Of a DNA stretch of 64,000 nucleotides, positions 40,178 to 52,950 are shown piece after piece. Below the pieces are notes generated by a model. The model had not been told where the DNA came from. It searched no databases and worked only from the letters and a program-made list of their open reading frames with translations. This DNA is from Octopus sinensis. Taxonomy: Eukaryota. The translations under genes were made by a program, and so were the position numbers. Every line of letters starts with the position of its first letter. Position 1 is the first letter of the stretch. The DNA lies in assembly GCF_006345805.1 (NCBI RefSeq), contig NC_043002.1:92132001-92196000 (forward strand). Reading direction: 5' to 3'.

Positions 40178-40544
40178 AGATAGATAGATAGATAGATAGA
40201 TAGAAGGTATGTCTTGGAAAGAGGAAAAAAAGGATTATGTCGGAATTTTATTACTGCATGTCCGATCAGTGTGTGTTCTGGCCGCGATGATTGTCTTTTA
40301 TGTTTACTGTGAGATTGGTATTATGCATTTTGGTGACACGCGGTGGCTGTAAAATAAGTACACCAAGTCAAAACAGAGGCATAGAATCATAAATTCGCAT
40401 GCCATCAAAGATGGAGTATATTTCAGAATTGGTATGATCCTATTAAAAAAATTAACAAAGTAGCTTTAGACACAGTTTTGTAATACATATAGAGTACATA
40501 CAAATTACTAAATAAACTCAGAATTTGAAGAAGAAAAAATTTCA

Positions 40545-40627
40545 TAGCACGAATTGCGTTCGAACCCACGCGGACAATTGTCCATTGGAACTTAAGCCCA
40601 AAGCCTTAACCACTCGGCCACCGTGCT
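40545..40627 (-). pseudogene. tRNA-Leu(TAA) pseudogene
   Basis: Colinear copy with a disrupted T stem (GTGGGTTCGAACGCAAT). Confidence 0.8.
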
Positions 40628-40899
40628 TCCGAGAAGTCGGTCTCTTTAAAAAAACTTTTATTGCTGATATTATTACTCACTGCATTTCCCATCATCCTTT
40701 CAGTGTGTGTTCTGGCTGTGATGTTTATCTTTCATGTATACTGTGAGATTGGTATTATGTATTTTGCTGTCAAGCGGTGACTGCGTAAAATAATTTTCAC
40801 CAAGTCAAAACAGAGGTATAAAAATATAGATCCGCACGCCATCAAAGACGGAGTATATTTCAAGTTTGCTATGGTAACATTACAATAATTTATAGTGTA

Positions 40900-40972
40900 A
40901 CAATGATGGCAGAGTGGTTAAGGCGTTGAAATTAATGGACAATTGTCCGTCTATGTTCGAATCCTAATTATG
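40900..40972 (+). pseudogene. tRNA-Leu pseudogene fragment in the opposite orientation
   Basis: GATGGCAGAGTGGTTAAGGCGTTG...TGGACAATTGTCCG...GTTCGAATCC with a deletion in the anticodon arm. Confidence 0.7.
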
Positions 40973-41057
40973 TCTGACAATATATATATATATATATATA
41001 TTGTCAGACATAATTAGGATTCGAACATAGACGGACAATTGTCCATTAATTTCAACG

Positions 41058-41062
<5 letters not shown>
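40919..41062. repeat. Perfect 144-bp palindrome centred on (TA)10
   Basis: 40919-40980 is the exact reverse complement of 41001-41062; the centre 40981-41000 is self-complementary TA. Confidence 0.92.
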
Positions 41063-41125
<63 letters not shown>

Positions 41126-41129
<4 letters not shown>

Positions 41130-41704
41130 CATAAGAGACTAAAGCCATCTGAATATGGCTAGGGACAGGGTAGGGTGGTGGGGGTGTTACTGTTGCATTT
41201 AGCCCCAGGCGAACATCAACGTCGCCAGATAGGCTTGACACCATCACGGCGTCCTCTATCCTGCAAAGGGAGATAATTCCCCGATGAAGCGGAAACCACA
41301 CACGGACCTAGGTTTCAAGGTGTATTGCCTATCATCAACGTGTGGTAGGCCCCCGCTTCCTCGACGAACAACTCACTCTGCAGGATATTTATATATAGAT
41401 TTTCAAGCAAAATACATTTGCTGATTTCGAAAATCTGTTCGACAGCAATAATAATTCTCTAAATGAGATATAGACAGTAACTGCTCCATAACATAAGGGA
41501 CTAAAGCCATCTGAATATGGCTAGGGACAGGGCAGGGTGGTGGGGGTGTTACTGTTGCATTTAGCCCCAGGCGAACATCAACGTCGCCAGATAGGCTTGA
41601 CACCCCCACCACCCTGCCCTGTCCCTAGCCATATTCAGATGGCTTTAGTCCCTTATGTTATGGAGCAGTTACTGTCTATATCTCATTTAGAGAATTATTA
41701 TTGC

Positions 41705-41705
<1 letters not shown>
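41126..41705 (-). mobile_element. Second retrozyme-like repeat (~1.3 x 362-nt monomer) with an inverted 5' end, inserted in (TA)n
   Basis: 117-bp direct repeats at 41126-41242 and 41488-41604. 106-bp perfect inverted repeat at 41444-41549 / 41600-41705. Shares conserved blocks with the 8314-25414 element. Confidence 0.78.
41299..41344 (-). ncRNA. Minimal type I hammerhead ribozyme motif (U3 variant)
   Basis: Minus strand: CACACG | UUGAUGA | UAGG-caauaca-CCUU | GAAA | CC-UA-GG | UC^ | CGUGUG. Perfect 6-bp stem I, GUC cleavage triplet, palindromic stem III. Confidence 0.8.
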
Positions 41706-41755
<50 letters not shown>

Positions 41756-42344
41756 GTGTGTGTGTGTGTGTGGTTAGGGCATCGGACTCGCGGTCGTAGG
41801 ATCGCGGTTTCGATTCCCAGACCGGGCGTTGTGAGTGTTTATTGAGCAAAAACACCTAAATGCTCCACGAGGCTCCGGCAGGGGGTCGTGATCCCTGCTG
41901 TACTCTTTCACCACTCTTTCTCCCACTCTTTCTTCTGTTGGCCTGCTCGCTTAGCCAGCGGGGTGGCGTCACCAGCGATGTGTAACTACATCTGATGGAC
42001 TGGTCGGTCACGTGATCACGTGATATATATATATATATATAGGGGCAGGCGTGGTTCTGTGGTGAGAAGCCTATTTTGGGCTCAGTGCCACTGCGTGGCA
42101 TCATGGACAAGTGTCTAGAGGCTCGGCAAAAGAGACCGATAGAATAAATGCTAGGCTTAAAAATAAATCTTGGGGATGATTTCTTCGACTAAAACCTTTT
42201 AAAGCGGTGCTCCAGCATAGTCGCAGTCAAATGACTGAAACAAGTAAACGAGTAAAGTAGCTTCAGACACGGTTTTATAAGACATACAAATTAATAAACA
42301 CACTCAGAAATTGAAAAAAAAGAAACAAAAACACAGAAGTTTCG

Positions 42345-42427
42345 TAGCACGAGTGGGGTTCGAACCCACGCGGACAATTGTCCATTGGAACTTAAGTCCA
42401 ACGCCTTAACCACTCGGCCATCGTGCT
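42345..42427 (-). tRNA. tRNA-Leu(TAA), apparently intact
   Basis: AGCACGA/TCGTGCT acceptor stem, A box TGGCCGAGTGG, TTGGA-CT TAA GT-TCCAA anticodon arm, long variable arm, GTGGGTTCGAACCCCAC T arm, downstream T-run terminator. Confidence 0.93.
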
Positions 42428-42605
42428 CCCTGCTAGATGTGCTCCTCTAAAGAATTGTTATTACTTATATTGTATTTACTGGCCGCATTGTTTAATGTAA
42501 TATTGTTTATAATATCTTCTTTTTTTCTTTCAAGAGGCGAAATTAGAATTTTTGCAATAATAAATGTAATCAATTATATTTGTCACTTTAATATATTGTA
42601 TTCAG

Positions 42606-43024
42606 GGCGATCTTTCGTCTCTAGTAGACCTTTCTGTCGATTTCCGTAAAAAAATTTTTTTTTTTACATATGGGTTTGCGGGAACTTTTGAAGTAATATA
42701 CATACATATACACATACACCGAGTAAAAAATTTCAGTTATCTCTTTCTTTCACACATTACTCTGTCTCTTCACACATACTAACAGAAGCACTTCACTTAC
42801 ACAACATACTGTCTGTCTCCCACACCCCATCAAACACGCACACACACATGTACATCAATGCTTCCCATGCACGGTAACTTCAAAAGAATTTCCCTCGTCA
42901 TACAATCGCTTTCTCTTAGTCTCTTTCGCTCTCATTATTTCAAAAGTTCCCGCAAGCCCATATGTAAAAAAAAAAAATTTTTACGGAAATCGACGGAAAG
43001 GTCTACTAGAGACGAAAGATTGCC
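42606..43024. mobile_element. MITE with ~90-bp TIRs (Merlin-like)
   Basis: TIR GGCRATCTTTCGTCTCTAGTAGACCTTTC...; 8-bp TSD GTATTCAG/GTATTCGG with one mismatch. Confidence 0.85.
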
Positions 43025-44360
43025 GTATTCGGTATTGTTAAATAGCATTAGATGTTTATTTACACTTCAGATGGTTGGAGCAGAGCTTAGAGCCTTTACG
43101 GAAAATTGCGAACTGGTGAAGTTGATGAAGTTAATCTTCTGATTATCATTATGATTTTTTTTTTTTTGTTTTTTGTTTTTTCTATCAGAGAATGGTGGAC
43201 AAGGAGGTCTGGTGGGATACAGATTTGGAGAAGAAGAAAAAATCATTGTGATTAATGCAGTGTTTATGGAGGTTGAACACAATATGAATGACGTCATGAG
43301 TGTCTTTAAAAAAATTTTCCAGCCCTCAGAAGTTTTTCAAATATTCTACGCTGATGTAGCTGTGCTTGCTGATGGCGAAAACTCCATTTTATTTTCTGTA
43401 GAAATTAATAGTAAAAAAGTTACCGGTCTTTAAAGTTTGACAATTTTAGCCAACCGGAAGCGTCCATTGCCGATAAACCTGTTATGATCGGAAATGGACG
43501 AAACAGATGAGATTGTGACGGGAGTGAAATGGAGGTACAGATTTTGCTGGTTCAGGTAAGTAGAAGCCGGTCTAGTAAGGACTGAGGAGACTAAAGGATG
43601 ACATACAACATTGCTAGTTAGCAAGTGGTTATGATATGTAATAAGGAGATATTCAATATTGTCAGTGAACAAGCAGATCCAGGGATGCACCACATCTTCA
43701 ATAAAGGAGAGGATATAATGTGCTAATAAGGTAATGCATCAATTTGTCAGTGAGCGATGGATATAGTATGTTAACTAGATGATATAAAATATCATCAGTG
43801 AAATATTTTGGTCAGAACGATTTCTGTCAGAACACAGAAATTTTCATTCCAGTACTTTATTATAGAACAGAAGAGGACGGGATGCCATACATGGATAACT
43901 GGAAGCTGCTGAAAGAATCTGCGCTTTACCTCAACGAAAGCATACGGTATAAACTTATTTGACCGAGAGGAAAATATTCCTTTGAAAATTCGGACGATCT
44001 GTGTGCCTTCTTGAACTCAGAATGTGAAAATCTTAACCGCTCTCCTCTTGACAAAAAATTCGTTCTGAAAACGTGATATTTCCCCATTTGCGGATTAGAG
44101 AACGGAAAAAATGTACGCAGGTATAACTGAATCCCTTCGGCCGTGGAAAGAATCATAAAAGAGAAGACAATTTTTCTTTCCTTCTCAGAAAAGATACTTC
44201 TTTTTGATTCGGTCTTTCCACCACCAAACTAACCAAACTTTACACATACCTCCAGTATTTAAAAGGCTATATGCTTCCAACCAGCATGTCCAATGAGTTA
44301 TCTATATTGCCAGCAGCTACATATATATATATATAAAAAAACAATAATAAATCTCTGAAC

Positions 44361-44391
<31 letters not shown>

Positions 44392-44501
44392 CATATATAT
44401 ATACATATATATACATATATATAGATAGATATATATAGATATATAGATAGATATATATAGATATAATATACATATATATAGATATATATACATATAATAG
44501 A

Positions 44502-44541
<40 letters not shown>

Positions 44542-44542
44542 A

Positions 44543-46368
44543 TGTTCGTCCTTCGGGTTCGGAGATGACCACTGACATCATCTGGTGGAACTGCCGCTAT
44601 GAGACCGGAGGTGGCTGGTGAGGCCAATCCGGGCAAGGAAGCCCCTCCCACAGGTGGGGCAGAAGTGGGTAGGGGCCGTGCTACTGGTGCAGGCGGCTCT
44701 GGCTTTCAGCATCTGGCGTTTCTGCTCTGCTGACCGAATCCGTCCCTCCTCGGCTGTCCCTGCTCCTGCGGTGATTGCGCTGCGCCAGGATGAGCGGTCG
44801 GTAGCAAGTGTCTCCCAGGTCTCTGTGCCGATGGAGAAGTCTTTGAGAGAGACCTTGAGACTGTCCTTGAAGCGCTTCTTCTGCCCTCCGACTTTGCGTT
44901 TGCCCTGGCTGAGTTCACCGTAGAAGAGCTGTTTTGGGATGCGAGTGTCGGACATGCGGGAGACGTGGCCCGCCCATCTCAGCTGGGCCTTGCGCATGAT
45001 TGTGATGGTGCTAGGGAGATCTGCCTGCTTCAGAACTTCCGTGTCTGGGACTTTGTCCTGCCAGCGGATGTGAAGGAGGTTCCGAAGACACCTGAGGTGG
45101 AAGTGGTTTATCTGGCGCTCGTGCCTTCGGTAAGCAGTCCACGTCTCGCAGCCGTATAGTAGGGTGGTAAGCACGACTGCCCGGTAGACTTTCAGCTTGG
45201 TGTTGAGGCTGATTCCTCTCCGCTCCCAGACTTTCTTTCGCAGTCTCCCAAACGCGCTGCTTGCCTTGGAGATTCTGTTGATGGTTTCAGCATCTATGTT
45301 GGCATTGCAGGAGAGAGTGCTGCCCAGGTAGGTGAAGTTTTCCACCGCTCATAGGATCCGTCCGTTCACCTTTATCTGAGGCTCATGCTATTGTTTGCCG
45401 GGGGCTGGCTGAAACATCACTTCGGTTTTCTTGGCACTGATGGTGAGACCGAAGTTGTCACAGGCTGATGAGAACCTGTCCATCTCGAGCTGCATCTCCT
45501 GCTCATCGATTGCATTAAGGGCGCAGTCGTCAGCAAAGAGAAAGTCTCTGACGACTGTCTCCCTTACCTTTGTGACAGCCTGCAATCTTCTGGAGTTGAA
45601 AAGTTTCCCGTCTGTCCTGTACTTGATGTCGATACCGGACTTGCAGTCCCTAAAGGCGTCGGACAGCATTGCCGAGAACATGATGCTGAACAGTGTTGGG
45701 GCCAGGACACAGCCCTGCCTGACTCCGTTGGTCACCTGGAAGGCTTCAGATGAGTTGCCGTCTTCAAGGACTCTGGCTGTCATTCCGTCGTGGAACTGGC
45801 GGACAATTGCAATAAATTTTCCCATGACCTTCCATAGTCCCTCCCGACTGACTGTATCGAAAGCCTTGGTGAGGTCAACAAAGGTCATGCAGAGGTCAAG
45901 GTGCTGCTCCATGCATTTCTCCTGGAGCTGGCGGGCGGCGAGTATCATGTTAGTGGTCCCTCGACCCTTGCGGAAGCCACACTGGCTCTCAGGGAGAAGG
46001 CCTTGCTCCAAGTGTTCCAGAAGGCGGTCAAGCAGGACTCGGGCCAGGATCTTGCCTGCTATGGACAAGAGGGAGATTCCTCGGTGGTTGTCGCAGGACT
46101 GCCGATCTCCTTTCCGCTTATAAATGTGGACGATTGTTGCGTCCCGGAAATCTGTCCCACATCGACTGGAACAGGCTGGTGAGCTGACTGATCATGGTGG
46201 GGCCGCCCGACTTGAACACCTCTGTAGGGATGGCGTCAGAGCCTGGAGCTTTGCCGGTGGACATTTTTTTGATGGCTCTGCTCACTTCCTCGACTGCAGG
46301 GGGAACAGCCAGCTCGTGGTTTGTCGGCACCTGGGGGAGTCGTGCGATGGCTTCCTCGTTGATCTGGG
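44543..46368 (-). mobile_element. RTE/BovB-like LINE, 5'-truncated and disrupted
   Basis: RT motifs LLPESQCGFRKGRGT, FVDLTKAFD, QGCVLAP, FADD. C-terminal CPTC...GLTSHLRSH. Short 3' UTR running into a (TA)-rich tract. In-frame stop at about 45388. Confidence 0.93.
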
Positions 46369-48260
46369 CCAAAATATCTGAGGGATCTTCATGGAGTAGT
46401 GGGTAAATGTTTTTAAGAAACAATTTGATCTCCTGACTGCTCAAGGTCCCAGATTAACCTATATCACGGCAAGAAACTCAGAAGAGGGAAGCTCTGTGTC
46501 AAACTCCCTATTTGCCAAAAGCTAATCACATAAGAATGACCTCTGAAAAAGTCATTACACTGTCGGTGTTCGCGCATGGTCACAGCCTTTGGGCTGAAAA
46601 AGATAAAAGAACTACTAGTTGAGTAGCCCGTCGTTGCCAGACAATTTTCACAATAGAATGTTTGCCTTTATTTCAATTTTTTTTTTTTTATTCTATATCA
46701 GCCCATGTCTTCCCCGACTGATAAGCCTCTTAATCAGATGGATTCCTGCATTATTTGGGAAAATTTATAATGACTCGATAAACGAAGTTTTTGTGTTTTA
46801 CTATTTGGTGTATAGATGTAAAGATTTCCCTAACATCCTACTCGCGAACATCCAACGTAAAGCTGGCCATGGGTGAAGCAGGGTTCTTCAAGATATAAAC
46901 CACAAACTAAAAATGTTTGCTCTTGCGATTTGTTAATGGTCATGGCAAACTAAGACTCACTGGAAATTGAAGTCGTTTGAATTGAAATTGGATATCGTCT
47001 TCCGAGTTTGTGCGACAAAGGTTCTTGTGCGCTTATCACCTAATCGATGAATCCAATGCTCGGCGAAAGACAAATAGAGATAGGGGTCTTTTTCTGTTGC
47101 TGTCACAGATTTTGAAATTTGAAAATTCAGTGAAATAATTTTCAAATTTGGTATACTGGTGTAATTTTTCACGCTGAATTGGATTTTCTGATACATTTAT
47201 TCCAGAAAAGTTTTAGAAAAATGTTATAGATGTTTGAAGTTTGATCATTTTTACCCAATCAGAAAACAGGATTTGAAAGCTAGCATTTTCTGCGTGATAG
47301 CTGTCTATCACAAAATGAAAGCAAACATTACGGCGGTGAAGATTTAAACAAAATGAAAGCAATTACATCATATCAAGAGAGAGAGGGGGAGGGAGGGAGA
47401 GAGAGAGGGGGAGGGAGGGAGAGAGAGAGAGGGAGAGAGAGAGAGAGTAATGAGCAACATGTGTGATAGAGATACATCTAGAGAAGAAAGAGTAAGAGGG
47501 AGTGTGGTAAATAAATATAGTGAGGGGTAAGTGTAAAAGACAGAGAGAGACAAATAAACAAATATAACAAATAGAGAGGAGATTTAGCGATCTAAAGGAT
47601 GAGTTATTTCTCGTATCAAATAATTTTTTTTGGGGGGTTGTTATTGAAACGTAGATTTCGAAAATCAAATCCGTTTTTCTCTCGAAGAGGCACCGTTTCA
47701 GAGCCTTACGGAGATACACACGCGCCCACACACGCACACACGCACACACACAAAACACACACACACACGGACGCGCACACTCACATTCACAACCACACGC
47801 ACGCACGCACACACACACACATACAATAACATACATATATTCTCATATAGTGAGTGTGTTTGTGTGTGTGGATGGCTGGAGGGATGGATATTAGGAAAAA
47901 AAAAAGAAGAAGGAAAAAAATAGACGGGATGGTCACACCAATAAGACATTTTCTGTTGACTATATAAAAATAAAACAAACAACAACAGTACAAGATATTT
48001 CCGACGCTCTTCCGATTCTGCTGTCCAGTAATATCAAAGAAACCAATAAAGTTAGGATTTATGTATAATCTAATATAGTTTCCAACAAGCAATAACTATG
48101 GCTGCTCGGATGCAGCCATATTGCCTACACACCCGTCGCTGTACAAATGGATGCTGATAAGCGTGTAACTGTGTCAGTTTGCATGTGGAGTCTGCATGAG
48201 TAAAGCTTGTATTGTGGATACAGCTATATGTTCGTGTATCAACACATGTATTTCTATCTA

Positions 48261-48338
<78 letters not shown>

Positions 48339-48418
48339 TTGCCTGTCTGTCTATCTGTCTGTCTCTATCTATCTATCTTTCTTTATTTATTTCTATCTAT
48401 CTATCTATAAACCCATCC

Positions 48419-48488
<70 letters not shown>

Positions 48489-48525
48489 TTGGCTCTCTGT
48501 CTATCTATCTGTCTCTATCTATCTA

Positions 48526-48579
<54 letters not shown>

Positions 48580-48594
48580 TGAGTAAGAGAGCGA

Positions 48595-48627
<33 letters not shown>

Positions 48628-49015
48628 TTGCGTGTGTATAGACACGTTCATTTTGAAGTTTGTGCAACTATGTGTTTCTGTGCGTGTGTGTGAATGTATG
48701 TATGTATGTATAAAGTTCATTTACGTGTATCTCTCTGATCGGACGTGCATGCGTGGATGCGTGTTTCCGGTATAGAAGTCCGGTCGGATAATCAAGCTGT
48801 AATGACGATGGTTAACTATTTGATGATTGCTTGAGTCAGCGTTGGGTTGCAATTCAAGGTTGGATTTCTATTGGTTTTTATAGACAGTTGAGAAGCGACA
48901 AACACAAGACTTCGGCTAGATCTGATAACAAGCAGCAGCGGGAATAGTATAAAACAAACAATATATATAATTATATAATATATATAATATATAATATACA
49001 TACATACATACAAAC

Positions 49016-49065
<50 letters not shown>

Positions 49066-49559
49066 GTGTGTGGTGTGGGTGTGTGTGTGTGTGTGTGTGT
49101 GTTTTTGTATGTATGTATATATAATACATTCTAAACAAAACTGTCCGATGAGCGGGAACTTGAAACTCTGAGTAACAGTTTTTTGTGATATTTTTGCTGC
49201 TTTTCAATAAAGTATATACATATATATATGTGTGTGTGTGTGTGTCTGTGTGTGTGCGTGTGCGTGTGTGTGTGTCTGTGTGTGTGTGTGTGTGCGCGCC
49301 CTTTTAAAGCCTAGCCAGGCTCATGGGCCGGGTTTCCCGGTTTCTATGGCGTATGTGTACCCCAGCTGGACGGGACGCCAGTCCATCGCAGCGTTACCCA
49401 TTTTTGTCAGCTGAGTGGACTGGAGCAACGTGAAATGAGGTGAAGTGTTTTGCTCAAGAACACAACGCGTCGCCCGGACCAGGAATCGAAACCACAATCT
49501 TACGATCATGACGCTGACACCCTAACCACTAAGCCACCCGCCTCCACACACACACACAC

Positions 49560-49598
<39 letters not shown>

Positions 49599-50553
49599 AA
49601 CGTTAGAAAGGAAGTAAATTGATTAAACATAAAATATTTTGGTATTTAAGTCACATACAAAGCAGTCTTGTGTTGAATTATATATTTTAAACTCTTGCGT
49701 TAATTTATTTCACATCATAGATTGTGTCCCTCTTAATAGTCTATATGTTGTTGTTGTTGTTGTTATGGTTGCTGCTATTGTTACTGCTGCTGCTGTAATT
49801 AATCCCATGGGATGACACGGGATTATGATGTTTCTTTTCCATTGGATTATGTATGTACGTATGTATGTATGTATGTATGTATGTATGTATGTATGTATGT
49901 ATGCATGTATGTATGTATGTATGTATGTATAGTTTACGAAAAAAACAGAAGTCGAAGACAGGTGGTGTACAAAACAAACAGATGTATTAGTATAACGCTC
50001 AGGAATAGAAAAAGTCTTTTATATTTCGAGCTTACACTCTTCTACAGAAAGGGACACAGAAAAAAAACAAGGAGAGAAAAAAATGTGTGTAGTGGCTAAC
50101 GATCTATCATGTATGTATGTATGTATGTATGTATGTATGTATGTATGTATGTATGTATGCATGCATGTTTGTATGTATGTAGATACAGACATACTCATAT
50201 GAATGTGCGTGCGTATATGTGTGTGTATGCATATATATGCATACATACACATATGTATGTAAGTATTAATGTGTGCATAGATCCGAGGTTGACTTTGCCT
50301 TTCATCCTTTCGCAGTGGATTCAGTAACTACCAGTTGAGCATTGGGGGTTTATGCAATCGACTTCATTCCGCCCCAGAAAATGCTGGCCTTGTGCCAAAA
50401 TTTGAAAGCAATATGTGTACTTAATTATTTGAAGTTTCCTGTAAAAGAAGGATCTGGTTTCTAACAAAGATACAAAGCTTCATCATTGAAATACAGCTAA
50501 GATCACTTACATGCATGTACATTCCTATGTCTGTCTGTCTGTCTGTCAGTATG

Positions 50554-50584
<31 letters not shown>

Positions 50585-51579
50585 GTAAGCAGCACGCCTC
50601 ATCACCAGGCTAACCTGATCGGAATGGGTTTAGTCGCCGACTGCCCGATCATGAAACAGTTTGTACTGGATGCCATGTTATCAGTAGCATTTATGAGAGA
50701 CTTCATAAGTGAGTTGACATAGCAGGGCTAAAAACACGACATGGCAAAAGGACGGATAAACCAAGTGTAGATTCCACAACTATCTAGCATAAACACGAGC
50801 ACTCATAAATTCTGGTTTGGTGTCTGGCCTACTGGAAGACCACTGTTGAAGCAAGCATGTATTTTGGAGAAGGTCACTGCGATATTAAACTGGATCAGCA
50901 TGGAATGGCATTGGACATTTCAGGGTTCTTCTGTTTGCGCTTGAGATCATGGCCCTCCCATATTCCTGAGCCTGCGACTCGTATTGGCACCGGATATTGT
51001 AACTCGGCTTGTCTCTGGATCGCGTCAGTAGAGAGAGTTTATGAGGTGTTGCACAAGCCTTATTGAATCTAACATTTTTCACAGGCGTTACTTTGTCAGT
51101 GATTGTCATGCTTGTCTATAAATTAACAGCTAGGCTGTACGTACCTATGTCTGTCTGTATATATGTATGATGGCGTATCACTTAAATAAAAAAAGGCATT
51201 TCTATTCTCCAAGACATTTTTTTAAATAGCAGTGGTATATATTTTATTTCAGGTGTTTCTGTTATAAAATATAAGGGTTACCGAAGTTAGAGAACCAAGC
51301 TCTACATTCTTCTTTCTCTATTGCAAATCGTTTCACTTCATTGGTGGTAGTCTGAACGCCTTAAAGGAAAGCATGAATACCACACTCTCTCTTCAATCTT
51401 CTCCATAAATACACAGCTAAGACAAAGTAAGGCGCAGGAGTGGCTGTGTGGTAAGTAGCTTGCTAACCAACCACATGGTTCTGGGTTCATCTTGGGCAAG
51501 TGTCTTCTGCTATAGCCCCGGGCCGACCAATGCCTTGTGAGTAGATTTGGTAGACGGAAACTGAAAGATGCCTGTCGTA

Positions 51580-51624
<45 letters not shown>

Positions 51625-51819
51625 TTGTGTTTGTTCCCCTAGCATTGCTTGACAACCGATGCTGGTGTGTTTGCGTACCCGTCACTTAGCGGTTCGGCAA
51701 AAAGAGACCGATAGAATAAGTACTGGGCTTACAAAAATAATAAGTCCCGGGGTCGAGTTGCTCGACTAAAGGCGGTGCTCCAGCATGGCCGCAGTCAAAT
51801 GACTGAAACAAGTAAAAGA

Positions 51820-51866
<47 letters not shown>

Positions 51867-52372
51867 AAGAGCTTTATACCGACATATTTTTTCGTCATGT
51901 CTACATTGAGAAGTAATTCAAATTTTAGTGGAAACGTAGGAGATAAAAGCCTAGTAAAGGGATTAAATGGCGTTCAGGTATCCTTGTCGAAGCAGTTTGG
52001 AAGACTCTAATAGTTAACAATTCAATACGTTGTAAATTAGCCCGAGATCTAATTGACCTGCAGACTTATGTTATTATGCATTCCAGACTAATTATCTTGA
52101 GAAGCCTTAGTTTTATCATATTTATCATTAATATTCTATGCTTTACGTATTTCGATCATTGGACAGCGGCCATGCTGGGACACCGCCTTGAAAGGTTTAG
52201 TCGAACACGTTGACCTCAGTACTTACTTTTTTAAAGCTTGATACTTATTTTATCGGCCTCTCTTTGCCGAACCGGTAAGTTACGGGGACGTAAATAAACC
52301 AACTCCGGTTGTCTTGTCAAACGTTGACGGGGCACAGAAACAAGCACAAAGGACAGATACATACATACATAT

Positions 52373-52406
<34 letters not shown>

Positions 52407-52529
52407 TGTGTGTGTGTGTCTGTGTGTCTGTGTCTGTGTGTGTGTGTGTGTGTGAGTGTGTGTGTGAGTGTGTGTGTGCGTGTGTCTGTGTCTGTGTGTG
52501 TCTGTGTATGTGTGTGCGTGTGCGTGTGC

Positions 52530-52567
<38 letters not shown>

Positions 52568-52769
52568 GTGTGTGTGTGTGTATCGAATGGGCATTGCGAT
52601 CCTAAAAGCCTGGTGTAGAACTGAATGTACTATGCTTCTGAACGAAACATTTGTGGAATACAGAACAGAAATAAGAAAAAAAGATAGCAAAGGATTAAAC
52701 GATTATCTTATGAAGTTCATATAATAATCAGTTATTCCTTTGTCATCTCTTTTTTTCCTTTCATGTGTA

Positions 52770-52950
52770 TGTGGAGGGGTGAAAGTTGTTTCTAGAGTTC
52801 GGGCCATGAGAGGAGCAGAGAGGTGGATTGACCATCGTCTAGTGCGTGGCAAAATGGATTTTTCGATAATCCCCCAAAAAAGTCGACAGCCTGGTCCTAA
52901 GAAAGCGAAAAAGATAAATGTTGCAAACTTGAAATCGGATATGCAATCTA
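52770..52950 (+). mobile_element. RTE endonuclease-region fragment
   Basis: RVRAMRGAERWIDHRLVRGKM resembles the RTE TRAMRGADCWTDHRLVRSK motif. Confidence 0.65.

Noticed and set aside
43130-44230. Possible host exon or LINE ORF1 remnant on the minus strand
   Set aside because: Only short stop-interrupted frames with vague resemblance (YGIP, GNGRFRL); too weak to call without a profile search.
46616-47970. Second Helitron-like element (CTAG plus GC-rich hairpin-like end)
   Set aside because: The 3'-like end is degenerate and I could not locate a matching 5' TC terminus.
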